From positions 96,001-160,000 of the forward strand of contig JABHQW010000003.1 of NCBI GenBank assembly GCA_018696595.1: DNA of 64,000 nucleotides, written 5' to 3'. The translations under genes and the position numbers were made by a program. Under the pieces are notes generated by a model. That model ran no database searches, was not told where the DNA came from, and saw only the letters and a program-made list of their open reading frames with translations. This document shows positions 37,194 through 47,581 of this stretch, one piece after another. The stretch's first letter is position 1, and each line of letters starts with the position of its first letter. This stretch comes from Candidatus Woesearchaeota archaeon. GTDB taxonomy: Archaea > Nanobdellota > Nanobdellia > Woesearchaeales > GW2011-AR9.

Positions 37194-38354
37194 TCAATCA
37201 AAAAACTTAACATCCCTCAATTCTTCAGGTAAATGTTCCTGCTTGAAACTTTTCTTCTCCTCATCACTTAAGTCATGATAATATTTATAGTCTTTACCCC
37301 AACCTTGATCTTTCAAAAAAGAGGTTTCTGCATTCTTAAGATGGATTGGAACATCTAGGTTTCCAGTTTCTCTAATAGTTTGTTTAACCTTATTTACAGC
37401 AACATAAACTTTATTATTTTTCTCAGCCGAAGCAAGATAAACAATTAACTGGGCCAGAATAACTTCACTTTCTGGTAAACCAATAACTTCATGAGATTGA
37501 AAACATTTAATAGCAAATTCTAAAGCTTTGTTGTCAGCAACACCAATATCTTCAGAAGCAAACCTGATTAAACGTCTAAATACATACTTAGGATCTTCGC
37601 CACCGTTTAACATTCTAAAAGCCCAGTATAAGGCTGCATCCACATCACTATCACGTAAAGATTTGTGTAAGGCTGAAATAGTATTATAATGCCATTCCTG
37701 ATCATAAAAAACATTTTTATTAAGTAATTTCTTTGCTTCTTCTAAAGTCAAATTTTCTTTTTTGGATAAAAATTCTAAACTGTTCAAAGATTTTCTTAAA
37801 TCTCCATCTGAAATGGTACAAATGAAATCTATAATTTCTTCTTTAATCTCAATCTTTTCATTCTGACAAACATTAAGCAAATACTTCTTAATTTCCAATG
37901 GAGGAATCTTTTCAAACTTAAACACTTTTACTCTAGAAAGTAAAGCATTATTAACTTCAAAAGCTGGATTCTCTGTAGTGGCGCCGATTAAAGTCACTGT
38001 ACCTTTTTCTACATGTGGTAATAAATAATCTTGCTGCATTTTGTTAAAACGATGAATTTCATCAACAAAGAGAATGGTTTTTACTCTTGACAATAAGAAT
38101 AAATTCCTAGCTTTCTCTACATGTTCTCTTAAATCCTTTACTCCGCTAGTAACTGCACTGAGTTCAATAAAATTAAGATCAAGAACGTTGGAAATAATTT
38201 TTGCTAAAGTTGTTTTACCAGTTCCTGGAGGACCCCAGAAAAGCATGGAGAAAATATTGCTATTGTTGATATAATCTTTAAGAACAATATTCTCTGAAGT
38301 GAAAACAAAATTGTCCATCTCTTTTGGTCTGACTCGATGTGCTAACGGTTCCAT
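37194..38354 (-). CDS. rarA: replication-associated recombination protein A (RarA/MgsA)
   Basis: PLAHRVRP, WGPPGTGKTT, LFVDEIHRFNKMQQD, ISALHKSLRDSD, ASEDIG. Confidence 0.93.
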   Translation of the reverse strand: MEPLAHRVRPKEMDNFVFTSENIVLKDYINNSNIFSMLFWGPPGTGKTTLAKIISNVLDLNFIELSAVTSGVKDLREHVEKARNLFLLSRVKTILFVDEIHRFNKMQQDYLLPHVEKGTVTLIGATTENPAFEVNNALLSRVKVFKFEKIPPLEIKKYLLNVCQNEKIEIKEEIIDFICTISDGDLRKSLNSLEFLSKKENLTLEEAKKLLNKNVFYDQEWHYNTISALHKSLRDSDVDAALYWAFRMLNGGEDPKYVFRRLIRFASEDIGVADNKALEFAIKCFQSHEVIGLPESEVILAQLIVYLASAEKNNKVYVAVNKVKQTIRETGNLDVPIHLKNAETSFLKDQGWGKDYKYYHDLSDEEKKSFKQEHLPEELRDVKFFD

Positions 38355-38447
38355 ATCAACCCAGGAGTTTAAGCTTTTATTAAGATTTTCGTTATTGTGG
38401 TATTTATTATGAAAAGATTTATATATTATAGCCCGCTATAGTGCACT

Positions 38448-38666
38448 ATGGTAACAACAATTCAGATTAGTGAAGATTTGCAACAAGAATTAGCAAATAG
38501 AAAAATGTTTGCTAAAGAAACTTATGAAGATGTAATTTGGGACTTAATAGAAGATACTAAGGAACTTTCTGAAGAAACTAAAAGGAACATCAAAATTGCT
38601 GAACAACAAATTAAAGAAGGCAAGACAGTTAGCTTAGAAGAAGTTAAAAAGAAGTTGAGATTATAA
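38448..38666 (+). CDS. antitoxin (RHH/CopG-like)
   Basis: MVTTIQIS...ETYEDVIWDL...; directly upstream of the RelE toxin. Confidence 0.75.
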   Translation: MVTTIQISEDLQQELANRKMFAKETYEDVIWDLIEDTKELSEETKRNIKIAEQQIKEGKTVSLEEVKKKLRL

Positions 38667-38667
38667 G

Positions 38668-38919
38668 ATGTATAAAGTTGAATTGTCAAAAACAGCCGAA
38701 AAACAAATCCATAAACTAAGTAAAGATCTTCAAAAAAGAGTTATACTTACTTTGAATAGAATAAAAGTTAGACCTTATGCTTATGTTAAAAAGCTTGTTA
38801 GTTCACCCTATTTCTCATTAAGATTTGGTGATTATAGAGTAATTTTAAATATTCAAGACAATAAACTAATAATCTTTGTAATAGAACTTGGCCACAGAAG
38901 AAATATTTATAAGAAGTAA
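38668..38919 (+). CDS. relE: RelE/ParE family toxin
   Basis: YKVELSKTAEKQI..L...FSLRFGDYRVI...VIELGHRRNIYK. Confidence 0.9.
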   Translation: MYKVELSKTAEKQIHKLSKDLQKRVILTLNRIKVRPYAYVKKLVSSPYFSLRFGDYRVILNIQDNKLIIFVIELGHRRNIYKK

Positions 38920-38935
38920 CTAATTCTCAAACAAC

Positions 38936-39493
38936 ATGAACAAAATAATTTGTTTAGTTGGAATGTCAGGAAGCGGGAAAAGTGTAGTGGCAGATGAACT
39001 TGTTAGAAACGGTTTTGAGTTCGCTCGTTTTGGTCAAATCACATTAGATATTGTTAAAGAAAGAGGCCTAGAACCTTCTGAAGAAAATGAAAGACCCATC
39101 AGAGAAGAAATGAGAAAAGAACACGGCATGGGCGCTTATGCAACATTAAACATTCCTAAATTTGATAAACTGTTAGAGAAAGCAAACTTGGTTGCTGATG
39201 GACTTTATTCTTGGACAGAATACAAAATTCTTAAAGATTATTACAAAGACCGACTAACAGTTGTTGCAGTTTTAACACCACCTGAAACAAGGTATGCAAG
39301 ATTGGCAGGAAGAACAGAAGTGGATGAAAAGATGCGTAACCGACCAGCAACAAGACAACAAGCTATCGCTCGTGACTATGCAGAAATCGAAAACATTGAG
39401 AAAGGCGGCCCAATCGCTATGGCAGATTATTATATTCTAAACGTAACTACAGAAGAAGATGTTATTAAAGAAGCAAGAAAGTTGTTGGAGTGA
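38936..39493 (+). CDS. P-loop kinase (archaeal dephospho-CoA kinase/UPF0200-like)
   Basis: LVGMSGSGKS, RKEHGMGAYA, RDYAEIENIEKGGPIAMADY. Confidence 0.8.
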   Translation: MNKIICLVGMSGSGKSVVADELVRNGFEFARFGQITLDIVKERGLEPSEENERPIREEMRKEHGMGAYATLNIPKFDKLLEKANLVADGLYSWTEYKILKDYYKDRLTVVAVLTPPETRYARLAGRTEVDEKMRNRPATRQQAIARDYAEIENIEKGGPIAMADYYILNVTTEEDVIKEARKLLE

Positions 39494-39568
39494 TTAGGGG
39501 TATACATCACCACAATACAACCTTTCTATTATAACAATCAATTTAAGTAAAGCAATCATTCTACAAAC

Positions 39569-40579
39569 ATGATAATCGGCATTACAGGGCTAGATGGTTC
39601 AGGAAAATCTCAAGTTGCAGAATTACTTAAACAAAGCGGTTTCTTTAAGGTTACATTCTCAGAAATTCTTGCAGAAGAGTTAAAGAAAAAGAAAAGGAAA
39701 GTTACTAAAGAAGGTTTAATTACAATCGGTAACGAACTTAGGGAAAAGTTTGGCCCAAAGATTCTAGCTAGATTAGCATTACACCGAGTTAAGGATGGAG
39801 AAAATTATGTTTTTGTTTCCATGAGGAATCCTGCTGAAGTAGAACTATTACAATCAAGACACGATTTCTTATTAGTTAATATTAATGCTCCAGATAAAGT
39901 TCGATTAAGAAGAATTATGAGAAAGAGATTAGAATCAAGTCCTAAATCATTAAAAGAATTAAGAAGAATGGACGCTTTAGAAAGTAGTTCTGATCCCAAG
40001 AAACAACAGCTACATAAAGTAACTAAGATGGCCCGGGCAGTTATTAAAAATGATTCTAGTGAAGAGAAACTTAAACAAAAAGTTGAAAGAATGTTAAATG
40101 ATTGGATGTATAAGTTACAAGATCATCGCCCAACATGGGATTATTATTTCATGAACATTGCTGAAACAGTTAAATCAAGATCAAGTTGTATGTCTCCAAA
40201 AAAAGGAGCACTAATTGTTAAAGATAAACAAATTCTTTCTACTGGATATAATGGTACACCAAGAGGAGTTAGTCATTGTACTGCAGGAGCATGTAAGAGA
40301 TGTACATTAAGACATTCTGGGAAAATTAAATCTGCAGATTACACTTCTGCAATCTGTATTTGTGCTCATGCCGAAGAAAATGCAATTGTTCAAGCTGCAA
40401 ATACAGGAGTTTCTACAAAAGGAGCTACAATTTATACCACTTTTACTCCCTGTAACATGTGTGCAAGAATGATTATTAATGCAGGCATTAAAGAAGTGGT
40501 TGCCAAAGTCACTTATCCAGATGATGTTGGCACAAGATTGTTAAAAGATGCTGGTGTTAAATTAAGAGTATTGAGGTAA
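39569..40579 (+). CDS. fusion of P-loop kinase-like domain and dCMP deaminase (ComEB-like)
   Basis: GITGLDGSGKS; RPTWDYYFM, TGYNGTP, HAEENAI, PCNMCARMIINAGI. Confidence 0.85.
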   Translation: MIIGITGLDGSGKSQVAELLKQSGFFKVTFSEILAEELKKKKRKVTKEGLITIGNELREKFGPKILARLALHRVKDGENYVFVSMRNPAEVELLQSRHDFLLVNINAPDKVRLRRIMRKRLESSPKSLKELRRMDALESSSDPKKQQLHKVTKMARAVIKNDSSEEKLKQKVERMLNDWMYKLQDHRPTWDYYFMNIAETVKSRSSCMSPKKGALIVKDKQILSTGYNGTPRGVSHCTAGACKRCTLRHSGKIKSADYTSAICICAHAEENAIVQAANTGVSTKGATIYTTFTPCNMCARMIINAGIKEVVAKVTYPDDVGTRLLKDAGVKLRVLR

Positions 40580-40581
40580 AG

Positions 40582-40965
40582 TTAATTAACTACTCTATCT
40601 CCTGAGAAAGCACGTAGGTATAAACTTAATTCGTTCGCAGATCTTTTAGAATTGTAGTTATTTACCATATCAACTAAAAGTTTTTCTTGGTCTGGAGTTA
40701 AATTTGCATCAGCAGAAACTCTTAAACCATACTGTTCTTTTTTTTCTGGAACGATTTGACCCAATAAAATACACATTAAATCTCCAGTTAAAGTAGCAAA
40801 TGTGTTATCATAAAATAACTGGTCTTGAGAATCACTAGTTTGAGAATCAGCACTAGAAGAAGGAAAATTCCCTGGAATATCCACCATAGTAAATTGATAG
40901 TCACCTTTTACTACAAAATAGCCGGGTCCGTTATCTACAAGTACTTTTTCATCTAAGTCTGCCAT
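40582..40965 (-). CDS. hypothetical protein
   Basis: 127-aa ORF. Confidence 0.55.
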   Translation of the reverse strand: MADLDEKVLVDNGPGYFVVKGDYQFTMVDIPGNFPSSSADSQTSDSQDQLFYDNTFATLTGDLMCILLGQIVPEKKEQYGLRVSADANLTPDQEKLLVDMVNNYNSKRSANELSLYLRAFSGDRVVN

Positions 40966-41035
40966 GAGATACTCAGAATTAGTTTCATTTATTAATGTTA
41001 CTAAAAAATTGTAAAAAGAATAAAAAATAGGGAAC

Positions 41036-41269
41036 TTACATCCCCAAAGATTTCATTAGTTCAAAGACAACAAAAGCAGGCCAAAGAAGAGCTTTAATCA
41101 CGCCAAAAGCACCGTTCCAAAATCCGGTAGCTGTTGAAATGTAGTAAACCAAAGCACCAATAAAACCTAAGCCATAAATTGCTCCACCACAAGCTCCGGA
41201 ACAACCCATTTTGTTTTCACAAGACATCTTTTTTGCTTTTACACTCTTTTTTTTATTTGTTTTTTTCAT
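41036..41269 (-). CDS. small membrane protein
   Basis: GAIYGLGFIGALVYY...GVIKALLWPAF hydrophobic hairpin. Confidence 0.7.
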   Translation of the reverse strand: MKKTNKKKSVKAKKMSCENKMGCSGACGGAIYGLGFIGALVYYISTATGFWNGAFGVIKALLWPAFVVFELMKSLGM

Positions 41270-41276
41270 ACCAGAA

Positions 41277-41513
41277 CTAAACTTTTATTACTTTTAAAAC
41301 TTTCTCTCTACTCTTTTCTCCAGACTTAATTTCAATTTTCAAATTAAATTCTTTCTTAAAAAATTTGATTACTGCTTGATTGGCTTTCCCTTTCTCAGGA
41401 ACTGCTTGTAAGTATAATTTCAAGCTCCCGTTAACTTCTTTCAATTCTGTTCTCGAAGCGTTTGGAATTACTTTTATTTTAAGAAGATTGTTTTTAATGT
41501 GTTTATCAAGCAT
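41277..41513 (-). CDS. DUF167 (YggU-like) protein
   Basis: IKVIPNAS...LQAVPEKGKANQAVIKF...GEKSREK. Confidence 0.88.
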   Translation of the reverse strand: MLDKHIKNNLLKIKVIPNASRTELKEVNGSLKLYLQAVPEKGKANQAVIKFFKKEFNLKIEIKSGEKSREKVLKVIKV

Positions 41514-41544
41514 ATATTTAGAATTGCTTTGGCATTTATTAATC

Positions 41545-41865
41545 CTACTCAACAATCTCTGCTTCATGTATCAAATAGAAGTCCATTTTTTTAACTAAAC
41601 TATCATATTCAGCAAGTTTTCCTTGATAAAGAACCTGATTTCCAAGAATAACTGCAGAAATATCTTCATCATGTTCAAACATATGATTCCAAATTTGAAC
41701 AACTCTAAGACGTAAAGATTTATTAACCTCTAATCCTGGAATATTTACAGGGAATTCTTTTGCTGTCCCTGGTTTCTCTTTAAGGAACTGACTACCAAAA
41801 TGGTCTCTATAAAATTGATATCCTAAATCCATAATTTCTGTGAACGGTATATAGAATATAAACAT
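41545..41865 (-). CDS. hypothetical protein
   Basis: ORF; no motif recognised. Confidence 0.5.
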   Translation of the reverse strand: MFIFYIPFTEIMDLGYQFYRDHFGSQFLKEKPGTAKEFPVNIPGLEVNKSLRLRVVQIWNHMFEHDEDISAVILGNQVLYQGKLAEYDSLVKKMDFYLIHEAEIVE

Positions 41866-41925
41866 TTTGGGTTTAGAAAGTACAATAACAAAAGTTTTAT
41901 ATCTTTCTTTAATTTAATTTAACAA

Positions 41926-42678
41926 ATGGCAGATTATGATAAGATTGCAAAACAATATTTTGAAAGAAGAGCTGATAAATCTCGGTTTGATTATAACCGA
42001 GACATAGAAGTTCCAGCTATGATTAAGGCTATTGGTGATGTTAAAAATAAAGTTATTCTTAACATGGGTTGTGGCTTTGGAGACCATTCTCAGAAATTAG
42101 CTCAGAAAGGTGCTAAAAAAATAATCAATTTTGATTTAAGTCAAGAACTAATTAAATTTGCCAATAGAAAAAATATTCCTAACTGTGAATTTGAAGTTGG
42201 GGATATGGATCAAAAGTTAAAATATAAAAACAACTATTTTGATCTTGTTATTTCGGGGCTTGCCTTACATTATGTTAAAAATGTTAACCAATTATTTAAA
42301 GAGGTAAATCGCGTGTTAAAAAAAGATGGCACTTTTGTTATTTCAACTGGCCATCCAATCTTTGATTTGTTAAGTGAAAGTATAGGTAATAATTCAGAAG
42401 CAAAGATTGCAATTAAAAGGGTTGGTAATAAAAGAATTGTTGAAGGAGATTATTTTGATGAAAGTATAAAATTAGCTAACTTAGGTTCAATCGGAAAAAT
42501 TAAAACATATAGTTACACATTTGAAACCCTAATTAAATCAGGATTAAATAATGGATTTGAATTAGTTGATTATGTTGATATGAAACCAGTTCCCAGTTCT
42601 AAGAAGTATGATTCCGAGAAATATAAGTTAACCTCAACTCTGCCAACATTTATTTTATTTAAGTGGAAAAAGAAATAA
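41926..42678 (+). CDS. class I SAM-dependent methyltransferase
   Basis: ILNMGCGFG, FDLVISGLALHY, VLKKDGTFVIS. Confidence 0.88.
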   Translation: MADYDKIAKQYFERRADKSRFDYNRDIEVPAMIKAIGDVKNKVILNMGCGFGDHSQKLAQKGAKKIINFDLSQELIKFANRKNIPNCEFEVGDMDQKLKYKNNYFDLVISGLALHYVKNVNQLFKEVNRVLKKDGTFVISTGHPIFDLLSESIGNNSEAKIAIKRVGNKRIVEGDYFDESIKLANLGSIGKIKTYSYTFETLIKSGLNNGFELVDYVDMKPVPSSKKYDSEKYKLTSTLPTFILFKWKKK

Positions 42679-42680
42679 TT

Positions 42681-42702
42681 GAGTAACCTTTAAAAACATT
42701 CT
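42681..42702 (+). repeat. 22-bp direct repeat, copy 1 (GAGTAACCTTTAAAAACATTCT), containing a BRE/TATA-like promoter
   Basis: Identical to 43372-43393. Confidence 0.85.
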
Positions 42703-42719
42703 ATCATTCTTTTTTTATT

Positions 42720-43355
42720 ATGGACCAACACGACCTATGGCAATCTAAATGGAATAAAAGAACAAAAGGTTTGCCTGAAACTGAATTTGCAAAGAGAAGT
42801 TTTTCTTTAATTAAAGATAAGAATTTTAAAAGTTTATTAGAGTTAGGTTGTGGTGACGGGAAAGATAGCTTATTTTTTGCTAAGAAAGGATTAAGAATTA
42901 CTGCTGTTGATTTTTCTGAAGTTGCAATAAACCACTTGGAAGAAAAGATTAAACAAGAGAATATTAAGAATATAACTCCGTTATTAATGAATCTAGAGAA
43001 ATTAGAATTAAATGAAACGTTTGATATTGTCTACGCTAATTTATCTCTTCATTATTTTGATGATAAAACCACTATCAAAATTTTTGATCAATTGTATGAA
43101 TTATTGAATAAAGGAGGATTCTTATTTGTTAAATGTAAATCAATTGATGACTTTAAGTATGGAAAAGGAGAAAAGTTAGGAAATGATTATTATTTATTTA
43201 AAGGACATAAAAGACATTTTTTCAGTAAAAAATATATGGAAGAAAAATTAAAAAAATTTAAGATTATTAAAATAAGAAAAACTTCTTCGAAACACTTTAA
43301 TATTGGTATGGGGACATCTCATGCATTATTTATTGAAGCAGTAGCAACTTCTTAG
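42720..43355 (+). CDS. class I SAM-dependent methyltransferase
   Basis: LLELGCGDGKD, AVDFSEVAI, FDIVYANLSLHY. Confidence 0.88.
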   Translation: MDQHDLWQSKWNKRTKGLPETEFAKRSFSLIKDKNFKSLLELGCGDGKDSLFFAKKGLRITAVDFSEVAINHLEEKIKQENIKNITPLLMNLEKLELNETFDIVYANLSLHYFDDKTTIKIFDQLYELLNKGGFLFVKCKSIDDFKYGKGEKLGNDYYLFKGHKRHFFSKKYMEEKLKKFKIIKIRKTSSKHFNIGMGTSHALFIEAVATS

Positions 43356-43371
43356 TTTTAAACTATTCGCA

Positions 43372-43393
43372 GAGTAACCTTTAAAAACATTCT
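43372..43393 (+). repeat. 22-bp direct repeat, copy 2 (leuS promoter)
   Basis: Identical to 42681-42702. Confidence 0.85.
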
Positions 43394-43408
43394 CTTAATC
43401 CTAATAGT

Positions 43409-46285
43409 ATGACAATCAATTTTAAAGATATAGAAAAAAAATGGCAAGCTGCTTGGGAAAAGAATAAAGTATTCCAAGTAGAAGTTGATGACTACCAAAA
43501 AAAGAAGTTCTACTTAACAACCCCTTATCCTTACATGAGTGGGTTATTACATCTAGGACATTTGTTTACTTACATGGCGCCAGAAACCCTGGCTAGATTT
43601 AAACGAATGCAAGGACATAATGTTTTATTCAAGTATGGGTTTCATTGTACTGGAACGCCGATCGTAGCAGCAGCAAAGAAAGTTGCTGAAAAAGAACCCA
43701 AACAAATTGCTGCTTTAGAAAAAATGGGCATTTCCAAAGAAGAAATTCTAAAATTTTCAGAACCAGAACATTGGATACAATATTTCCCAAAAGAAACTCT
43801 AAGAGACATTAAAAGCATGGGTTTTGTAGTTGATGAACGTTATACTTTCATCACAACCTCATTAAACAAACCGTATGATGCATTTATTAAATGGCAATTT
43901 AACAAACTAAAAGAAAAAGGCTATGCTAAGAAAGGCAAACACCCAGTTGTTTGGTGCCCAAAAGACAATGCTCCAACAGGAGATCATGCAAGGAGTGAAG
44001 GAGAAGGAGAAACACCACAAGAATATCTTCTTTTCAAACACAAATTAGAAGATGGCCGATATTTAATCACTGCAACTTTAAGACCAGATACTGTAATGGG
44101 AACAACTAATCTTTATATGAATCCAGAAGCTAAGTATACTGAGGCTGAAGTTAATGGAGAAAAATGGGTTTTAAATGATAATTGTGCTAAAAATCTAAAA
44201 GAGCAAGGCCATGAAGTTAATATTATCGAAAAGGTTTCTGGTAAAGAGTTCATTGGTAAAAAAGTCGAAGAGTTCGGTAACAGAAAAGTAATTATTCTGC
44301 CAGCAACATTCTTAGACCTAGATTTTGGAACTGGATTAGTTCATTCTGTTCCTTCAGACTCAACAGATGATCTAATTGCATTACGAGACTTACAAAAAGA
44401 TGAAACAACTTGTGAAAAATATGGCCTGGACATTAATGAAATTAAAAAAATCCAACCAATCCCTGTTTTAAATACCCCTGGATTAGGAAATATTGCTGCT
44501 GAAGCAATGTTAAAGAAATACAATATTAAGTCACAAAATGAACGAGAAAAGCTTGAGAAAATCAAAAAAGAGTTATACAAATTAAGTCATTTTACAGCGA
44601 CATTAAATGAAAAGTATAAAGAAAATTTCTCCGAAAACTTAGAAGGGAAACGTGTTGAAGAGGCTAAAGAAATTATTTCTAACGATTTAATTAAAGGTGG
44701 CTGGGCACTTAAGTATTATGAATTATCTGGAAAAGTGGTTTGTAGATGCCTAACTGAATGTATTGTTAAGATGGTTGAAAACCAATGGTTCTTAGAATAT
44801 AACGATAAAAAATGGAAAGAAGTTGCTCACGAATGTTTAGATTCCATGAAAATTTATCCAGAAGTATTAAGAAAACAATTTGACTATGTTTTAGACTGGC
44901 TACATCGATGGGCTTGTGCACGAGAGTTAGGATTAGGAACAAGATTACCATGGGATGAAAATTGGGTGATTGAATCATTATCAGATTCAACAATTCAGAT
45001 GGCTTACAATACTATCTCAAAATATTTAGAACATCCAGAAGAATATGGTTTTTCTGTAGATCAATTAAACGATGAGTTCTTTGATTATGTTCATTTGAAT
45101 AAAGGAACCGCTGAAAAAGTTGAAGCATCTACTGGAGTTCCAATAAAAATGATTGAAACAATGAAAAAAGATTTCGAATATTGGTATCCGTTCGATTTCA
45201 GAAACTCTGCAAAAGATTTAATCCAAAACCATTTAGCATTTTGTATTTTTAATCACACAGCAATTTTTCCAAAAGAACATTGGCCAAAATCGTTTATGAT
45301 TAATGGTAGAATCATGATTAACAATGAAAAGATGAGTAAATCTAAAGGAAACTTTTTCACGATGAGAGAACTTCATGATAAACACGGCGCAGATATTATC
45401 AGATTAACTGCTTCTAATGCCGGAGAAGGATCAGATGATGCTAATTATGATATGGGATTCCATGATATTGCTAAAAGAAAACTAAATGAGTTGTACGATT
45501 TTGTTAAAGAAAATTATAACAAAGGAAGAACTGACAAATTGTTAATTGATCAGTGGTTTGAATCTAAGATAAATGAAACTATCGGAAAAACCACAATAGC
45601 ATTTGAGAACATGCAATTTAAGTCCGCAATACAATTTTCATTATTAGATTTACAAAGGCATCTGAAATGGTACTTGAAAAGAACTAAAGATCAACCTAAT
45701 AAAGAATTGATAAATTTATTGATTGAGACACAAATTAAATTGTTAGCCCCAGTAATCCCTCATTTCTGTGAAGAATGTTGGGAACTAATTAAAGGAAAAG
45801 AATTTGTTTCTAACGCTGCTTGGCCTGAAGCAAATCAAGAAGCCATTAAGCCAGAATTAGATTTAGGAGAAGAATTATTGAAAAATAACATTTCTGATAT
45901 CAGAGAAGTTATGAAACTTGCTAAAATTGATCAACCAAAAGCAATTAAACTTTTTGTGGCTGCAGATTGGAAATATGGGTTTGTTGAGAAATTCAAAGAA
46001 TTGATTAAGGAAACAAGAAATCCCGGAGAAATCCTTAAAACTTTGATGCAATCTGAATTAAAACAACATGGCAAGGATATTAGCAAACTAGTTCCTGCTT
46101 TAATTAAAGACCAAAGTAAACTTCCTGCGAAAGAGTTAACCAAGAAGAATGAAATTGCGGCTTTAGAAGAAAGTAAGGGGCTAATCGCAGAAGAGTTTGG
46201 TTGTTCTGTAGAAGTTGTTATTGATTCAGATCATAATAAAGCTAAATCAGCAATGCCTGGTAAGGTTGGGATATTGGTAGAATAA
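43409..46285 (+). CDS. leuS: leucine--tRNA ligase (archaeal/eukaryotic type)
   Basis: PYPYMSGLLHLGH, ATLRPDT and GTGLVHSVPSDSTDD (CP1 editing domain), KMSKSKGNF. Confidence 0.95.
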   Translation: MTINFKDIEKKWQAAWEKNKVFQVEVDDYQKKKFYLTTPYPYMSGLLHLGHLFTYMAPETLARFKRMQGHNVLFKYGFHCTGTPIVAAAKKVAEKEPKQIAALEKMGISKEEILKFSEPEHWIQYFPKETLRDIKSMGFVVDERYTFITTSLNKPYDAFIKWQFNKLKEKGYAKKGKHPVVWCPKDNAPTGDHARSEGEGETPQEYLLFKHKLEDGRYLITATLRPDTVMGTTNLYMNPEAKYTEAEVNGEKWVLNDNCAKNLKEQGHEVNIIEKVSGKEFIGKKVEEFGNRKVIILPATFLDLDFGTGLVHSVPSDSTDDLIALRDLQKDETTCEKYGLDINEIKKIQPIPVLNTPGLGNIAAEAMLKKYNIKSQNEREKLEKIKKELYKLSHFTATLNEKYKENFSENLEGKRVEEAKEIISNDLIKGGWALKYYELSGKVVCRCLTECIVKMVENQWFLEYNDKKWKEVAHECLDSMKIYPEVLRKQFDYVLDWLHRWACARELGLGTRLPWDENWVIESLSDSTIQMAYNTISKYLEHPEEYGFSVDQLNDEFFDYVHLNKGTAEKVEASTGVPIKMIETMKKDFEYWYPFDFRNSAKDLIQNHLAFCIFNHTAIFPKEHWPKSFMINGRIMINNEKMSKSKGNFFTMRELHDKHGADIIRLTASNAGEGSDDANYDMGFHDIAKRKLNELYDFVKENYNKGRTDKLLIDQWFESKINETIGKTTIAFENMQFKSAIQFSLLDLQRHLKWYLKRTKDQPNKELINLLIETQIKLLAPVIPHFCEECWELIKGKEFVSNAAWPEANQEAIKPELDLGEELLKNNISDIREVMKLAKIDQPKAIKLFVAADWKYGFVEKFKELIKETRNPGEILKTLMQSELKQHGKDISKLVPALIKDQSKLPAKELTKKNEIAALEESKGLIAEEFGCSVEVVIDSDHNKAKSAMPGKVGILVE

Positions 46286-46405
46286 AGTATATTTTCTTTT
46301 TTTATTATTTTTATAAAGGGCTGAGCCAGCGGAATAGTCATGTTCATAGGAACAACAAGATCACAAAAAGAAAAAAATAAAGAAATAAAAGAAAAAAAGA
46401 AACTC

Positions 46406-46813
46406 TTATCTATCCATCCAAGCAACTAATCCTAGTATTACAAGGTTTGCTAACGTAGCCACATATCCAACAACTGGGATAATAGCCAATATTGGGATTA
46501 AAGACAACCAACCAGGATAATTCCTTCTTTCAAAGATTTGCCAATTCCACATAATTGCAAAAACACCGCCAACTATAGGTACTAAAATAATGAATACCCA
46601 AGGCCAAGCATTTTCTCTTTTCTTTGCCAAAATTGGTAATAAAGCAAATTGTGCCAATGGGATCCATGCTAACCATCCCTTATCGTAATCCAATTTTTTT
46701 GCGATTGTCATCCAAACAAATGCAAGATAAACGTAAATTGCAGCAAATAATAATAATCCAACACCCATCATTGCACCTGCTAAACCCGCCATTCCAAAAG
46801 ATTCTAAAGCCAT
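46406..46813 (-). CDS. membrane protein (DUF5684-like)
   Basis: GWLAWIPLAQ...WPWVFIILVPIVG. Confidence 0.65.
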   Translation of the reverse strand: MALESFGMAGLAGAMMGVGLLLFAAIYVYLAFVWMTIAKKLDYDKGWLAWIPLAQFALLPILAKKRENAWPWVFIILVPIVGGVFAIMWNWQIFERRNYPGWLSLIPILAIIPVVGYVATLANLVILGLVAWMDR

Positions 46814-46830
46814 TTTATTTCACCTCCAAA

Positions 46831-47451
46831 TTATTTTTTATTAACTTTCTTTTTAGTATTATTTTTAACTACTTTCTTAACTGCTTTTCTACCAGCAACT
46901 ATTCTTCCGTAAAAGTCGGCAAGAAAGATGTTCTTAGTAAAAGACCCAGCAGGCCATCCGACTAGAATAATCATCATGAACAAGAAAATTATTCCTAAAG
47001 CAATGCTTTTTAGTAAAGCGATCAGATAATCTTCAAAGTTTTCAAAAACTAATTTTACAAGACTAAACTCAAAATAAGACTCTACTGTTTCCTTGTTAAA
47101 GAAGTTCATTACCAAAATAGGAATAACGAACAGTGAAACAAAGAAATTTATTAAGAAACCTATAAAAGGGATTACCATAAATACTAAGTAAAAGATAGTA
47201 TAAGCGATAACAAACGGTAATGATTTAATAAACATAAAGAAGCCAAACTTAAAATGTTCAACAAAATCAAATTTTGGTAATTCTTTAAACATGCCAGCAA
47301 AGAATTGTTGTTTAATTCTAATCGCATATCCACTTAGAGCAAACCAACCGATGATAGGTATAAAAAACCACAGAATGTTTAGTAATCCAACTGCTCGTTT
47401 AAAGGGATAACGAAAAGCATCTTCAAAAGTAAGTGTATTTGTTTTAGCCAT
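46831..47451 (-). CDS. DUF4013 membrane protein
   Basis: DAFRYPF...IPIIGWFALSGY...LPKFD. Confidence 0.75.
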   Translation of the reverse strand: MAKTNTLTFEDAFRYPFKRAVGLLNILWFFIPIIGWFALSGYAIRIKQQFFAGMFKELPKFDFVEHFKFGFFMFIKSLPFVIAYTIFYLVFMVIPFIGFLINFFVSLFVIPILVMNFFNKETVESYFEFSLVKLVFENFEDYLIALLKSIALGIIFLFMMIILVGWPAGSFTKNIFLADFYGRIVAGRKAVKKVVKNNTKKKVNKK

Positions 47452-47581
47452 CTTAAAAGAAATTAATCTTTAGAAGTATTTAAATGTTGTTTTTTATGTT
47501 ATAATTATCTGAACTTGATTTTAGTAAGTTTTATTAATATGTATTCTTTATAGATAAATATAACAATCAAAGAGGTAAAAG

